A stretch of DNA of 64,000 bases, taken from the NCBI GenBank assembly GCA_963745035.1, contig CAVUVW010000027.1:192001-256000 (forward strand), read 5' to 3'. Positions within the stretch are counted from its first letter, which is position 1; the number at the start of each line of letters is the position of its first letter. Of this stretch, positions 19,760-30,098 are shown piece by piece. Source of the stretch: an uncultured delta proteobacterium (GTDB taxonomy: Bacteria > Desulfobacterota > Binatia > UBA9968). The notes beneath the pieces are model-generated. The model ran no database searches. It saw only the letters and a program-made list of their open reading frames with translations, and was not told the origin of the DNA. A program made the translations under genes and the position numbers.

Positions 19760-20872
19760 CTATTTCAAAATAGCCTGTGCCGCTTTGAAAGCGGGCTCGC
19801 GCACCTTCTCAAGTTTTTCTTCCGACTGATTCTCCACTTGCAAGAAATCAGTAACCGAGATCGCATCTTTCGCCGGGATCGTGCCCATTTCTCGCAGCCA
19901 GCGGGTATCGACATCGAGGCGGCGCGTCGCCTGACCAAGCGCCTTGGAAACTATCTCCTGCCCTTCGCGCCCCAGCAGCCAATTGACGAAAACTTTGGTG
20001 CTGTTTGGGTGCGCCGGCGCCTTGATGATCGCCAGATTGCCGCTGCCGCTGGTACCGTACGTTCCCTCTTTAAGCGTTGGCAGCGCCCTGATCGGCAACC
20101 CGGCCTTCAAAAACGGCGCAAACGTATAATAACTGAGGCCGATCATGACGGCGACACGCCCCTTGGCCAAACTCTCCGCGAGAACGCGCTGATCGCGCCC
20201 GAGATATAAATCCTGGGCGGCCAGATTCTTGAGATACTCTTCGCCTTTCGCATGCCACATGTACGACCAGTTAGCGTCGCCGCCGCCCAGACTGCGCGGA
20301 TCGAGTAGTCCGATTTTCCCTTTCCACTTCGGATTGAGAAAATCATCCATCGAGCGAAAGTCCTCAGGCTTCGCCAGGTCGGCGTTGTAGTAAATGGTCT
20401 GCGGCAAGAAAGCTTGAAAACTGTAGATAAACCTTTTTGCCTTATCGACCCACAGATGGCCGCCCCACCATTGCTTTTGCTCTTTGACTTCCGGCAGCGT
20501 CATCCACGGTTCGATCGGGTCGATGATCCCTTCGTCCAACATCCCTGAGATGATCGAAGAAGAACCGCCGATGTGCAGATCGAAGTGGCGCACGCCCGCT
20601 TTGAATTCATCCGCCATCCGGCGCACCCCCGCGCTGCCGCGGGCGGTAAACGTTTCGACTTCGATGCCGTAGCGTTTTTTGAATTGATCCTCGACCTGTT
20701 TTTTCAACTCGGCGCTGGCGGGCAGTGATACCGTTACCTTGCCTTCTTTCTTGGCGGCATCAATCACCTTGTCCCATTCCAACGGCCCGGCTTTGCTTTG
20801 TTGGCCGTAGACCGCAGGCGCGAAGATCAGGAGCCAAAACAGGCCAAAAGACAAAACATTTCTCGCGACCAT
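19760..20872 (-). CDS. ABC-type extracellular solute-binding protein (Fe3+/polyamine-like cluster)
   Basis: Signal peptide; WDKVIDAAKKEGKV, LNPKWKGKI and APAHPNSTKVFVNWLLGREGQ motifs. Confidence 0.85.
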   Translation of the reverse strand: MVARNVLSFGLFWLLIFAPAVYGQQSKAGPLEWDKVIDAAKKEGKVTVSLPASAELKKQVEDQFKKRYGIEVETFTARGSAGVRRMADEFKAGVRHFDLHIGGSSSIISGMLDEGIIDPIEPWMTLPEVKEQKQWWGGHLWVDKAKRFIYSFQAFLPQTIYYNADLAKPEDFRSMDDFLNPKWKGKIGLLDPRSLGGGDANWSYMWHAKGEEYLKNLAAQDLYLGRDQRVLAESLAKGRVAVMIGLSYYTFAPFLKAGLPIRALPTLKEGTYGTSGSGNLAIIKAPAHPNSTKVFVNWLLGREGQEIVSKALGQATRRLDVDTRWLREMGTIPAKDAISVTDFLQVENQSEEKLEKVREPAFKAAQAILK

Positions 20873-21198
20873 GATCTGGATTGGCAAGCTTATGTCTCCA
20901 TTAAGGGATCTTCTCGCGAATGGATTAACAATCCTTTTCGTCGAAACACTTGTCAAGTAAACTCTTTTACCAGCCTGCGAGCAATACTCCCCCCTTCAAC
21001 TCGGACATCGGCCACGAGAACAGGCAGTAAGACAGGACGGTCAATGACCCTCAATTTTCTTGACTTCTTATCCATGGCGGATTTACATGTCAAACAATTC
21101 GATTTTAGGTGGAGACTCAGTTTGAAAGCGATTGGCAGCCGGATTCGCGCGTAAGCTTCTCGACTGAAGGCGACGCCAGTCGCCGGTGAAAAATCATC

Positions 21199-22258
21199 AT
21201 GGATGCGCAAGCTCGTCGAACGTCCGTAAAGCGATACAACGCGGGTATTCAGCGCGCCAGGGGGCTATTGGAATTGGCCTCCGGTTTGTACGACAGTTCC
21301 CTGTCGTCAGAGTCGTGGAAGGCCGCCGAGGGGGTGCTGCAAACCGATACCCCCATCGGCAACGCGCTCAGACTATCGCTTACGCCCAAACCGAACGATA
21401 GCAAGGGCGTCGCGCTCTCCTTCACTACCGGCGGTTTTGACGCGATCAGAGCGGTGGCCGAAGGTGAGTTTTCGCTCGCTTGGGTGAACCCTTCGGTGCA
21501 ATTGACAATGGCCTACCGGGGCAAAGGCCCGTTTCCCAAACGCCTTCCCGTGCGAACGATCGCCGTGTTTCCGTCTTACGACGTCATGGGCTTCGCGGTC
21601 CACGAATCGACCGGAATCACTTCCATCTCTCAGATCAAAAAGGAACGCTTCCCGCTCAAAGTTTCCATACGGACGGATGGATAAAGCCGCTCGAAAGACA
21701 GACTCGACGATGTTCACGGTGGCGGAGGTCTTGCGGGCCGCCGGATTTACGCTGGAGGATATCCGCCGGTGGGGCGGAGAAATTCATCTGGCAAGCAGGC
21801 CCAGCGCTCCTACGCGCCGGGCGGACATCGAAAGCGTACGGGTCAACGCGGTTTTCGATGAGGGAATCAAGAGCTGGGCGCGAACCGCGCTGGAAAACGG
21901 GTTTCGCTTCCTGCCCATCGAAGGATCGATCCTGAAGCACATGACGGCGCTGGGGTACCGGCCGACCCGCATGCCGAAATCGCGATTCGAGGGAATGGAG
22001 GCAGATATTCAGACACTTGATTTCAGCGGCTGGCCGATGATCGTGCGCGCGGACATGCGTGACGACGTGGCCTATGCCTTGTGTGAGACGATCGAGAAGC
22101 GAAAGGACACGATTCCGACGGATAATTACAAGCCGCTCGATATCGCGCAACTCTGCGCCAATGACGAAGAGTCGCCTTACGATGTCCCATTGCATCGAGG
22201 CGCAGCGCGTTTTTATCGCGAGAGAGGATATCTGAAGCAGAATTTTCGCGGAAAGTGA
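21199..22258 (+). CDS. TAXI-type solute-receptor-fold protein, frameshifted near 21675
   Basis: AYRGKGPF...VRTIAVFP, GITSISQIK and VPLHRGAARFYRERG TAXI-like motifs; no signal peptide. Confidence 0.7.
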
Positions 22259-22327
22259 GATAACGATACTCGTTTAGTATCGTAAGAACCGGTTTCGACT
22301 GGAATTCGCAGGTGGAGGTGACCAAGT

Positions 22328-22672
22328 ATGGCTTTAGTACGATGCGTTACAGAAATGGGCATGGGAGTGGATGTTCACGGATTGGACTACACTGCTGCCG
22401 CCAAGCGGGCGGTGTTCGATGCGATTCATCACAGCAGCTTGGGATTTCCGCGGCTGGTAGGCAAGACCGCGGACGATATGCGGGTGGATGTCACCATCGG
22501 CGTGCCCAAGCCCGAGGCCGTAGACAAGAAGGCCGTGCTGGAGACGCTGCCGCACGGCGGCGGCCACATCAACGTGGTCCAAGGTGGATTGCAGGTGCTC
22601 AATGAAAAGGGCGACGACGGTTGGCTGATCGCCAACGCCATCATCGTCGTCAGCATCGACGACGGAAAATAA
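22328..22672 (+). CDS. Lin0512 family protein
   Basis: EMGMGVDVHGLDYTAAAKRAVFDAI, VTIGVPKP and GGL signature. Confidence 0.85.
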   Translation: MALVRCVTEMGMGVDVHGLDYTAAAKRAVFDAIHHSSLGFPRLVGKTADDMRVDVTIGVPKPEAVDKKAVLETLPHGGGHINVVQGGLQVLNEKGDDGWLIANAIIVVSIDDGK

Positions 22673-22709
22673 CTACTAGTCGATCAGCCGTAAGCCGCAG
22701 CGACATGTG

Positions 22710-23248
22710 CTACTTCTTCTCGGAATTTTTTTCCGGCGGAGGCACCTTCGCCTCGATTTTCACGGGCGCGACACCGTCCTTGGTCATGCCCAATTCTTTC
22801 GCTGCGCCTTTTGACAGATCGATATCACGCCCTTTGACGTAGGGGCCCGCGATCGTTGATTTTGACATCAACCGAGGCTCCGGTTTCCAGATTTGTAACA
22901 GTAGCCTCCGTTCCCAGCGGCAGCGTCGGATGTGCGGCAGTTTTATCGTTTTGATCGAACTTTTCTCCAGTCGCTGTTTTCTTGCCATGGAAACCGGGAC
23001 CGTAGAATGAAGCTTCCCCCATCTGTTCGACGATCGGCTTGCCGTCATTGCCCTGTTGGACAGTAACTTTGTCTTTCACCAAGTCCTGACGCCCTTCGGC
23101 TTTTTCGGTAATTTCCGCCTTTCGCTTTACCTTTTCTGCGATCTTCTTGGCCTCTTTGGTGTCCTTGTCTGCGCTTGAAACATATCCGCTCAAGGCAAGG
23201 GAGATTAGAAGGGTAATCAGAATGCGTGTAGCCATAATATTCTCCATT
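22710..23248 (-). CDS. rlpA: RlpA-like double-psi beta-barrel (septal ring lytic transglycosylase family), frameshifted near 22840
   Basis: GEASFYG, GKKTATGE, TAAHPTLPLGT, INDRGP(Y) and RDIDLSKGAA motifs. Confidence 0.85.
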
Positions 23249-23340
23249 TTGCTCCGCGTCCGACGCAAAAATAGATCGGCGCTGCAATGAGGGACCGGTC
23301 ACGATTCATATACCCGGCGCAGACTTGGCACGTGTACTTG

Positions 23341-23356
23341 GCAAGCCTCGTACCAA
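23341..23356 (-). promoter_or_regulatory. putative sigma-54 promoter of the rlpA-like gene
   Basis: Minus strand TTGGTACGAGGCTTGC, GG-N10-GC; three near-copies of GAAATCG just upstream at about 23361-23390. Confidence 0.45.
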
Positions 23357-23614
23357 CAACGGAATCGCTTGGAAATCGATTAGAAATCGCAGGGCGATGA
23401 GCGTGTCTCTAAAAAGGGACTAATCCTTTGGAGGAATTGACCTTAATAAATCGAGAAGCTTGTCGGCAATTCCCCCATCGACGTCATCCGGGCGAGGTTC
23501 CACGTTTTCCGGATTCCGAAAACGTGGGAATAAGCTATCTTTCGCTCGCGGGTACGTTGGAGGTGACCCTGACAAAACCGGAAAGCGGGGCGATCTTACC
23601 AGCGCAGGAGGAAA

Positions 23615-24598
23615 TCAGAGGTTCGGCGATTTCAGCACCTGCGGATTTACGACATTGATCGGCGCGCCGGCGGCGTACGCGACGATCTGATCGAAAATGT
23701 CGGAAAATTGGACCTCGTACTCGTCTCGTGTGACATAACCGATGTGCGGCGTGCACACGACGTTTTCCATGGCGAATAACGGATCATTAACGTCGAGAAC
23801 CGGCTCCTCTTCATAAACATCGACGGCCGCCAGACCGGGCCGACCGGCTTTTAGAGCCGCAAGCAATGCGCCGGGCTCGATCAGACCAGCGCGACTGGTA
23901 TTGACCAACAAAGCCGTCGACTTCATGCGGGCAAGGTCCTGGCTCGTCACGATGCCGCGGGTCGCTTCAACCAGGCGCATGTGAAGCGAGAGCACGTCAC
24001 ACTCGGAAAAAAATTGCTCCTTGTTGCGCGCCGCCGCAAATCCGTCGCTGCGCGCTTGGTTGAGCGAGCCCTCGCGCGCCCAAACCAGGATGTTCATCCC
24101 GAAAGCTTTGCCGTAACCGGCAACAACGCTGCCGATCCTACCGTAGCCGTAAATTCCGAGCGTTTTGCCGCGCAGATCATTGCCGACGCCGATCTGCCAC
24201 TTTCCCGCCTTGAGCGCCGACATCTGTTGGGGCACCTGGCGCATCGCCGCAAGTACCAGCGCCCAGGTAAGTTCCGCGGCTGCATAAGACGGCGTGCCGG
24301 CGTGCTGGCTCGACGATACAATGATTCCCAACTCAGTGCAGGCATCGACATCGATGTGCGGGTAGACGCTGCGTTGGCTTATCAGCTTGAGTCGGTTCAG
24401 CCGCTGCAGCAGTGGCCTGCGGATCTCGGTCCGCTCGCGTATCAGCACCAGCACCTCGGTGTCCTGCAATCGCTCGGCGAGCGCATCGACTTCCTGAATG
24501 TGGTCGTTCCAGATTCTGACCTCGTGACCCGCCAGCTTTTTGTAGCATTCGAGCGTGCGCAGGGTATCGTGATAATCGTCAAGAATGGAGATCTTCAT
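23615..24598 (-). CDS. D-2-hydroxyacid dehydrogenase family protein
   Basis: ILDDY, LIRERT, GYGRIG, VNTSRAG, DVYEEEP and TPHIGY motifs. Confidence 0.9.
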   Translation of the reverse strand: MKISILDDYHDTLRTLECYKKLAGHEVRIWNDHIQEVDALAERLQDTEVLVLIRERTEIRRPLLQRLNRLKLISQRSVYPHIDVDACTELGIIVSSSQHAGTPSYAAAELTWALVLAAMRQVPQQMSALKAGKWQIGVGNDLRGKTLGIYGYGRIGSVVAGYGKAFGMNILVWAREGSLNQARSDGFAAARNKEQFFSECDVLSLHMRLVEATRGIVTSQDLARMKSTALLVNTSRAGLIEPGALLAALKAGRPGLAAVDVYEEEPVLDVNDPLFAMENVVCTPHIGYVTRDEYEVQFSDIFDQIVAYAAGAPINVVNPQVLKSPNL

Positions 24599-24759
24599 CA
24601 TCGGAAATTCAATGTCACAGCGGGCTTTATGCTTGGAGCTGTCCTCATCCGAGCGCGGTGAACTTTTGCTAATTGCAAACCTAGACGATCATGCTTCCAA
24701 CCTTAGAGCCCGTAAAAGCGCGCGTGTTCTTGTACGAGCAAGTCCAATGCTGCACGGTT

Positions 24760-25741
24760 TCATGATCCGAGCTTGAACAACGTCCGCACGAAATCCTTTA
24801 CCGCTATACGCGTCGCATTCGCCGCCGCCTCGCTGTAGCCCGTGTGAGCATCTCTCTGCGTGCACGGGTCTTTCCAGGTGAACCGCTCACCGGAGTCGGC
24901 ATTGATGATCGTGCCAAGCGGCTCTTCCTTGAGCTTGCATGCGCGTAAGGTTTGCACCCCCTCTGATAACGATGGCGTCTTGTTGCCGAGCGGATTGTCG
25001 AAACTATGATGCGCGCCGGCGTACTCCGTCAACACAGCATCGCGTCCGGCAGCGCGCAGGCGTTCGAAATACGCGCGGCACGGCGCCGCCGGAGTGTAAT
25101 CGTCGGCCGTCCCATGGAACTGTCGTATAGGCGTGCCTACGTCGGTGTCGCCGATAAACGTTGTGGCGCACCCAGGATAAAATGGCATGTGGGCCGCGAA
25201 CGCAGCGCGCGGATTCCACATCCGCTGGAACCGCTTTAGGCTCGAATAGAGCGACGAAACACCGCCGAGTGAAAATCCCATGATCGCGATCCGAGTGGGA
25301 TCGATGCGCGGGTGGTTGGCGAGCACGTCGAAGGCGCGGTAGGCATCGAGAATCAAGTTATACGGGGTGAGCTGCCCGAGGTTCTAGAAGTACGGCTCAG
25401 CCCTCGCCCCGAGAAGCTGTCGACGAGGAATGACGCGATCCCCATTTCATTGAGAGTTTTTGCCCAAAGCTCGTCGCGGGCATTGGAGCCGGCTGAGCCA
25501 TGTTGGGGAATAACGGCGGGCAACCGACCACCGGCACCTTGGGGAAATCGTAACTGGCCGGCGATCGTGAACGGTTTGCCGTTTTGGTCGCCGGTCAAGA
25601 ACTGGCGGACGGACAGAGTGAGCGTTGCAATGGGGTAATTTCCGTTCGCGCCGCCAGATCCTTAACGCTCGGGTCGGCTAGCGCCGACTGAGCCCATGCA
25701 AAGCCGACAACCGCACAAACTACTCGCAAAGCGCGTGTCAT
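24760..25741 (-). CDS. secreted dienelactone hydrolase/alpha-beta hydrolase, frameshifted
   Basis: Signal peptide from ATG 25741; PAV.HGSAG, VDSFSGRG, GFSLGG, HGTADD and YAGAHHSFD motifs spread over three frames. Confidence 0.75.
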
Positions 25742-25962
25742 GGTCCTTCCTTGTCGCTCGGTCCAGAAAAGGGAACTTGCCCTTGGCTGGTTTTTTGCCG
25801 CAGAGAGTAGCCCCTATTGAAATATGGTGTCAACCTAATCTCCCGTGAGATAACAATTAGGCAGAGCGCGGTCCGACTCGAACGCGCCGCAGATTGATTG
25901 TTCCACGGAGCCGCGATGACCAACATGAACATGCCCCGCCGTGCCCGGGCAGGACGTCCGGA

Positions 25963-27294
25963 ATGATCGATACCCATGTCGCCGACAAATCAGGAAAGCG
26001 TCGGATCTTTTTCGGCTGGTACATGGTTGCCGCGAGCGTCGTCACCAACACGATCTTCTCCGCCGCCTATTTCCAGGGCTTCGGCGTTCTCATCATTCCG
26101 ATGGAACGCGCCTTCGGCTGGGACCGCTGGGTTATTTCGGCCGCCATGTCGCTGCGCCAGTTGGAGTCCGGCATCGTCAGTCCAGCCGTCGGCTTCCTGC
26201 TCGACCGCTTCAGCGCGCGCAGATTGATTTTCTGGAGCGCGGTGATTTCGGGCGTCGGGTTCATCGGCCTCGGCTTCACCGCCGGCATAGCCACCTTTTT
26301 TCTCTTCTTCGTGATCATTTCCCTAGGAGCATCCGGCGTGAGTCACGCGGTGACCTGGCCCGTGATCATCTCGCGGTGGTTTCGCCGCAACCGCGGTCTG
26401 GCCACCGGGCTTGCGGTAACGGGTCCCATCTTCGGCTCGCCGCTGGTCATACTGAACACGCAGATCGAGGAGGCGTACGGCTGGCGCGCCGTCTTGTTCG
26501 GCTACGGCGCCATCATCTTGATCGGTATCACATTGCTGAGCATGCTGGTGCGCGACCGGCCGGAGCCCTACGGTTTGCGGCCCGATGGCGACGCGCCGGA
26601 GGATAGCTCGTCGATGGAACAGTCTACCGGCCCATCACAGCGGCGCACGGATACCGGGCTCACGCTCCACGAAGTGTTCCGCACTAAGGAGTTCTGGCTA
26701 TTCACGAGCTACTTGTCGGGTACCTTCGCCGTAAACTCTGCAGTCCAAGGCCACATGATCCCTTACTTTCAGCAAGACATCGGACTTAGCGCGTCTTGGG
26801 CGGCCGTGGTCATGTCTTTTGTCTTCATCCTCAGCGGTATCGGGCGCATCGGTGGTGGCTTTCTACTCGACCGGATGGACTATCGCCTCGTCCTGGCGGT
26901 CGTGGCCGCGATGATGGCCCTAGCGCTGCTCTATCTTCAGGTGATGGAAGTCAAAACGGTTTTGGCCACATTGCCCTTCGCGTTCGGTTTTGGCGTTGGC
27001 TTTGGCTGTCTCGTTCCGATGCGCGGCACGGTGGGCAGCATCATGTTCGGCACCCGGACGCTCGGAGGAATCTTGGGCCTGCTGCAAGGAGGCCCCATCG
27101 CGGCAGGTGTTGTCGGCCCATTGGTCATGGGCTTGGTCTTCGACGTGAACGGCAACTACTCCGCCGCCATCTGGGGACTCATCGTCATCAGCGCGCTCAT
27201 GGTGCCGCTGTCGCTTGCTATGGCTTCGCCCGCTGAGTTGGCTAGGCGCATGAGCAGCAGCGGATCTAGCCTCGTGAATTCGTGTTCGTGTTAG
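25963..27294 (+). CDS. MFS transporter (oxalate/formate or monocarboxylate-like)
   Basis: FFGWYMV, GFLLDRFSAR and WFRRNRGLATG motifs; about 12 TM segments. Confidence 0.9.
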   Translation: MIDTHVADKSGKRRIFFGWYMVAASVVTNTIFSAAYFQGFGVLIIPMERAFGWDRWVISAAMSLRQLESGIVSPAVGFLLDRFSARRLIFWSAVISGVGFIGLGFTAGIATFFLFFVIISLGASGVSHAVTWPVIISRWFRRNRGLATGLAVTGPIFGSPLVILNTQIEEAYGWRAVLFGYGAIILIGITLLSMLVRDRPEPYGLRPDGDAPEDSSSMEQSTGPSQRRTDTGLTLHEVFRTKEFWLFTSYLSGTFAVNSAVQGHMIPYFQQDIGLSASWAAVVMSFVFILSGIGRIGGGFLLDRMDYRLVLAVVAAMMALALLYLQVMEVKTVLATLPFAFGFGVGFGCLVPMRGTVGSIMFGTRTLGGILGLLQGGPIAAGVVGPLVMGLVFDVNGNYSAAIWGLIVISALMVPLSLAMASPAELARRMSSSGSSLVNSCSC

Positions 27295-27439
27295 CATGTT
27301 CGTGCTGGTAAAATTCACGGCCACGATCTACGATCAGGGCTCTTTTTGCAGCCTTGTGTGATCGGAAAATAAAAGACGCGAAACGCGGCCGGACATTCGG
27401 CATCAGAGTATAACGGATCGAACACTTTAGGAGCTGCCC

Positions 27440-28522
27440 ATGTTCGACAACATTGTTTTCCGCCAACTGTTCGACGCTACTTCGTCGACCTATACCTACC
27501 TCGCCAGCGACCCGCAAAGCCGCGAGGCCGTGATCATCGATACAGTCTTCGAGCAGCACTTCCGCGATCGCGCGCTGGTGGAAGAACTCGGCTTGAAGCT
27601 GCTCGCTGTGCTCGACACGCACTGCCACGCCGATCACGTGACGGGCGCATGGTTGATGCAACAGGCGACCGGCTGCCGGATCGGCATTTCGCGGCGCTGC
27701 GCCTTATCGCAGGGCGCGGACCTTCGCTTTGATCACGGCGACCGGGTCGCTTTCGGGAAACGCTATCTGGAAGTGCGCGCGACGCCCGGACATACCGATG
27801 GCTGCGTCACCTACGTCACCGACGACTACCGCATGGCGTTCACCGGCGACTGTCTGCTGATCCGCGGCGCCGGCCGTTGCGATTTTCAGCAAGGCAACGC
27901 GGCCACGCTCTATCGCTCCATCACGGAGCAGATCTTCAGCCTGCCGAACGACTGCCTGATATTTCCCGGCCACGACTACAGCGGCCGCACGGTGTCTTCG
28001 GTCGCCGAGGAGCGCGCGCACAATCCACGCATCGGGGGTCAAGCCGATGAGCGCGACTTTGTCGGCTTCATGGAAAACATGAACCTTCCGCACCCCAAGC
28101 AAATTGACGTCGCCGTGCCGGCGAATCTGCGTTGCGGCAAGCCGCAAGATGAAAAGGTGCCGCGGCCCGCGGATTGGGGACCGGTGCGCCGGAGCTACGC
28201 CGGGCTGCTCGAGATCGATCCAGAGTGGGTCGCCGAGCACCTGTCCGAACTCCACGTGCTCGACGTGCGCCAGCCGGAAGAAGTGGCGGACAAGCTCGGC
28301 CACATCGCCACGGCGCAATGTGTCCCGTTAAACGAATTGAAAGACCGCCTGACGGAGGTACCGAAGGACAAGCCCGTCGTCCCCGTCTGTCATGCGGGCA
28401 TGCGCTCGGGTCAAGCCACGATCATCCTGCGCGATGCCGGCTTTTCTCGGGTAGCCAATTTACATGGCGGTATGCTTTTGTGGCACCAGATGGGGTTGCC
28501 GGTAAGGCGCGGCACGATCTAA
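27440..28522 (+). CDS. persulfide dioxygenase (ETHE1-like MBL fold) fused to rhodanese
   Basis: FRQLFD..SSTYTY, THCHADH, TPGHT, GRCDFQ, PGHDY and NPR motifs; C-terminal LDVR...CHAGMRS rhodanese. Confidence 0.9.
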   Translation: MFDNIVFRQLFDATSSTYTYLASDPQSREAVIIDTVFEQHFRDRALVEELGLKLLAVLDTHCHADHVTGAWLMQQATGCRIGISRRCALSQGADLRFDHGDRVAFGKRYLEVRATPGHTDGCVTYVTDDYRMAFTGDCLLIRGAGRCDFQQGNAATLYRSITEQIFSLPNDCLIFPGHDYSGRTVSSVAEERAHNPRIGGQADERDFVGFMENMNLPHPKQIDVAVPANLRCGKPQDEKVPRPADWGPVRRSYAGLLEIDPEWVAEHLSELHVLDVRQPEEVADKLGHIATAQCVPLNELKDRLTEVPKDKPVVPVCHAGMRSGQATIILRDAGFSRVANLHGGMLLWHQMGLPVRRGTI

Positions 28523-28696
28523 ACAAGCTCATCAGGCGAGTTCGTAATCGCCGGGACAAACGCGTTAACCCGAGTTTCAGCGAAGCAATATTTCGGTTGA
28601 CATCTTTTTCCTCCTATTCGATAAATCGGGTGCATCTACGAGCTTTCTGCACGCGGCCACTCTTGAGGGGCGCGAAGCGCCGAAAACGGAGGAGTC

Positions 28697-29299
28697 ATGG
28701 CATATAAACTCGAAGGCAGCCTTCTCGAAGTCTGCAATTGCGACGTGCTCTGTCCCTGCTGGGTCGGCATGGACCCGGATAATGGAACTTGCGATACGGC
28801 GCTGGCGCACCATTTCGAAAAAGGCGACATCGACGGCGTGGATGTGTCAGGCCTCACGATGGGCTTCACCGCGCATGTTCCTGGAAACATCTTGCAAGGC
28901 AACTGGCGCGTCGTTGTGCACATCGATGATCACGCCACGAAAACCCAGGAAGAGGCGCTGCTCACGGTTTATACCGGCAAACAGGGCGGTCCCGTCGCCG
29001 ACCTAGTGAAGCTAATCGGCGAGGTGGTTTCCGTAGAGCGCTCCCCGATAACGTTTCAAGTCTCGGAAGGCAAAGGAACCTTGCGTATCGGCAACGTGGC
29101 TGACTGTGAGATGGAGCCCTTTCGCGGCCCCAACGGCGAGGTGACAACGCTCCGCGATTCCATATTTACCACCATTCCCGGTTCGCCGGCGTACGTGGCC
29201 AAGGCGACCAAATACAAGATGAATAACCCTGCGCTGGGGCAAAAGATCGACCTCAAAGATCATAACGCGATCCAGGGAAAGTTTATTTTTCAGAGCTAG
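28697..29299 (+). CDS. DUF1326 domain protein
   Basis: LEGSLLEVCNCDVLCPCW, G.IDGVDVSGL and GNW motifs. Confidence 0.85.
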   Translation: MAYKLEGSLLEVCNCDVLCPCWVGMDPDNGTCDTALAHHFEKGDIDGVDVSGLTMGFTAHVPGNILQGNWRVVVHIDDHATKTQEEALLTVYTGKQGGPVADLVKLIGEVVSVERSPITFQVSEGKGTLRIGNVADCEMEPFRGPNGEVTTLRDSIFTTIPGSPAYVAKATKYKMNNPALGQKIDLKDHNAIQGKFIFQS

Positions 29300-29335
29300 G
29301 TTCCCGTCCAGCAAGCCAAACGATTCGACGAATCC

Positions 29336-30088
29336 ATGGCCGACCGCAGCAGAGCTTTCTTTGGCTTGATGGTTTCGTTGGTCGCGCTGGCTTGGTGTGC
29401 TCTATGGATCTGGGATCGCTCGCCTTATGGCCGCTACCTGGGGCACGGGCAAATCGGCGAGATTGGCGCCGGCTCTCTCCTGCTCCCTATCACTTTGTAC
29501 CTGATCGGTTGGACACTGATGACGGTGGCCATGATGTTGCCGACGACTTTGCCGCTGCTCGAAATTTTCCGTCGCTTGACCGCGCAGCGTCGGGATCAGG
29601 TTCATCTCCTGGCCCTGGTGATCGCGGGCTATCTGGGCGTATGGCTGGCATTCGGCATGGCAGCTCACGGAGCTGACTGGTTGCTGCACGAAATCATCGA
29701 GCGCAGTTCCAGGCTCGAAGCAAATGCGTGGCTGATCGGCGCGGGCACACTGATCTTAGCCGGCGGTTTTCAGTTCAGTCGCTTAAAATACCGCTGTCTC
29801 GACAAGTGCCGCGCGCCCCTGAGTTTCGTCACCGAGTACTGGCGCGGCCGCCGCGAGCGGCGCAACGCATTCTTGCTGGGAATTCATCATGGCCTGTTTT
29901 GCGTCGGTTGCTGCTGGGCGTTGATGCTTTTGATGTTCGCCGTCGGAGTCGGGAATGTCGCCTGGATGTTAGCGCTCGGGGCGGTGATGGCCGCGGAGAA
30001 GAACTTGCCGTGGGGGCGCAAACTGAGCGCGCCTTTAGGCGTCGTTCTGATCGGGTGGGGCGGGATGATCTTCCTCAATCACCTCTGA
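29336..30088 (+). CDS. DUF2182 predicted metal-binding membrane protein
   Basis: WTLMTVAMMLP, QFSRLKYRCLDKCRAP, CVGCCWALM and EK motifs. Confidence 0.9.
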   Translation: MADRSRAFFGLMVSLVALAWCALWIWDRSPYGRYLGHGQIGEIGAGSLLLPITLYLIGWTLMTVAMMLPTTLPLLEIFRRLTAQRRDQVHLLALVIAGYLGVWLAFGMAAHGADWLLHEIIERSSRLEANAWLIGAGTLILAGGFQFSRLKYRCLDKCRAPLSFVTEYWRGRRERRNAFLLGIHHGLFCVGCCWALMLLMFAVGVGNVAWMLALGAVMAAEKNLPWGRKLSAPLGVVLIGWGGMIFLNHL

Positions 30089-30098
30089 GAGATTGGCC

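Noticed and set aside
23400-23610. Possible ncRNA or riboswitch in long intergenic gaps (also 9300-9700 and 20900-21190)
   Set aside because: No recognisable conserved motif by eye; would need an Rfam/Infernal scan
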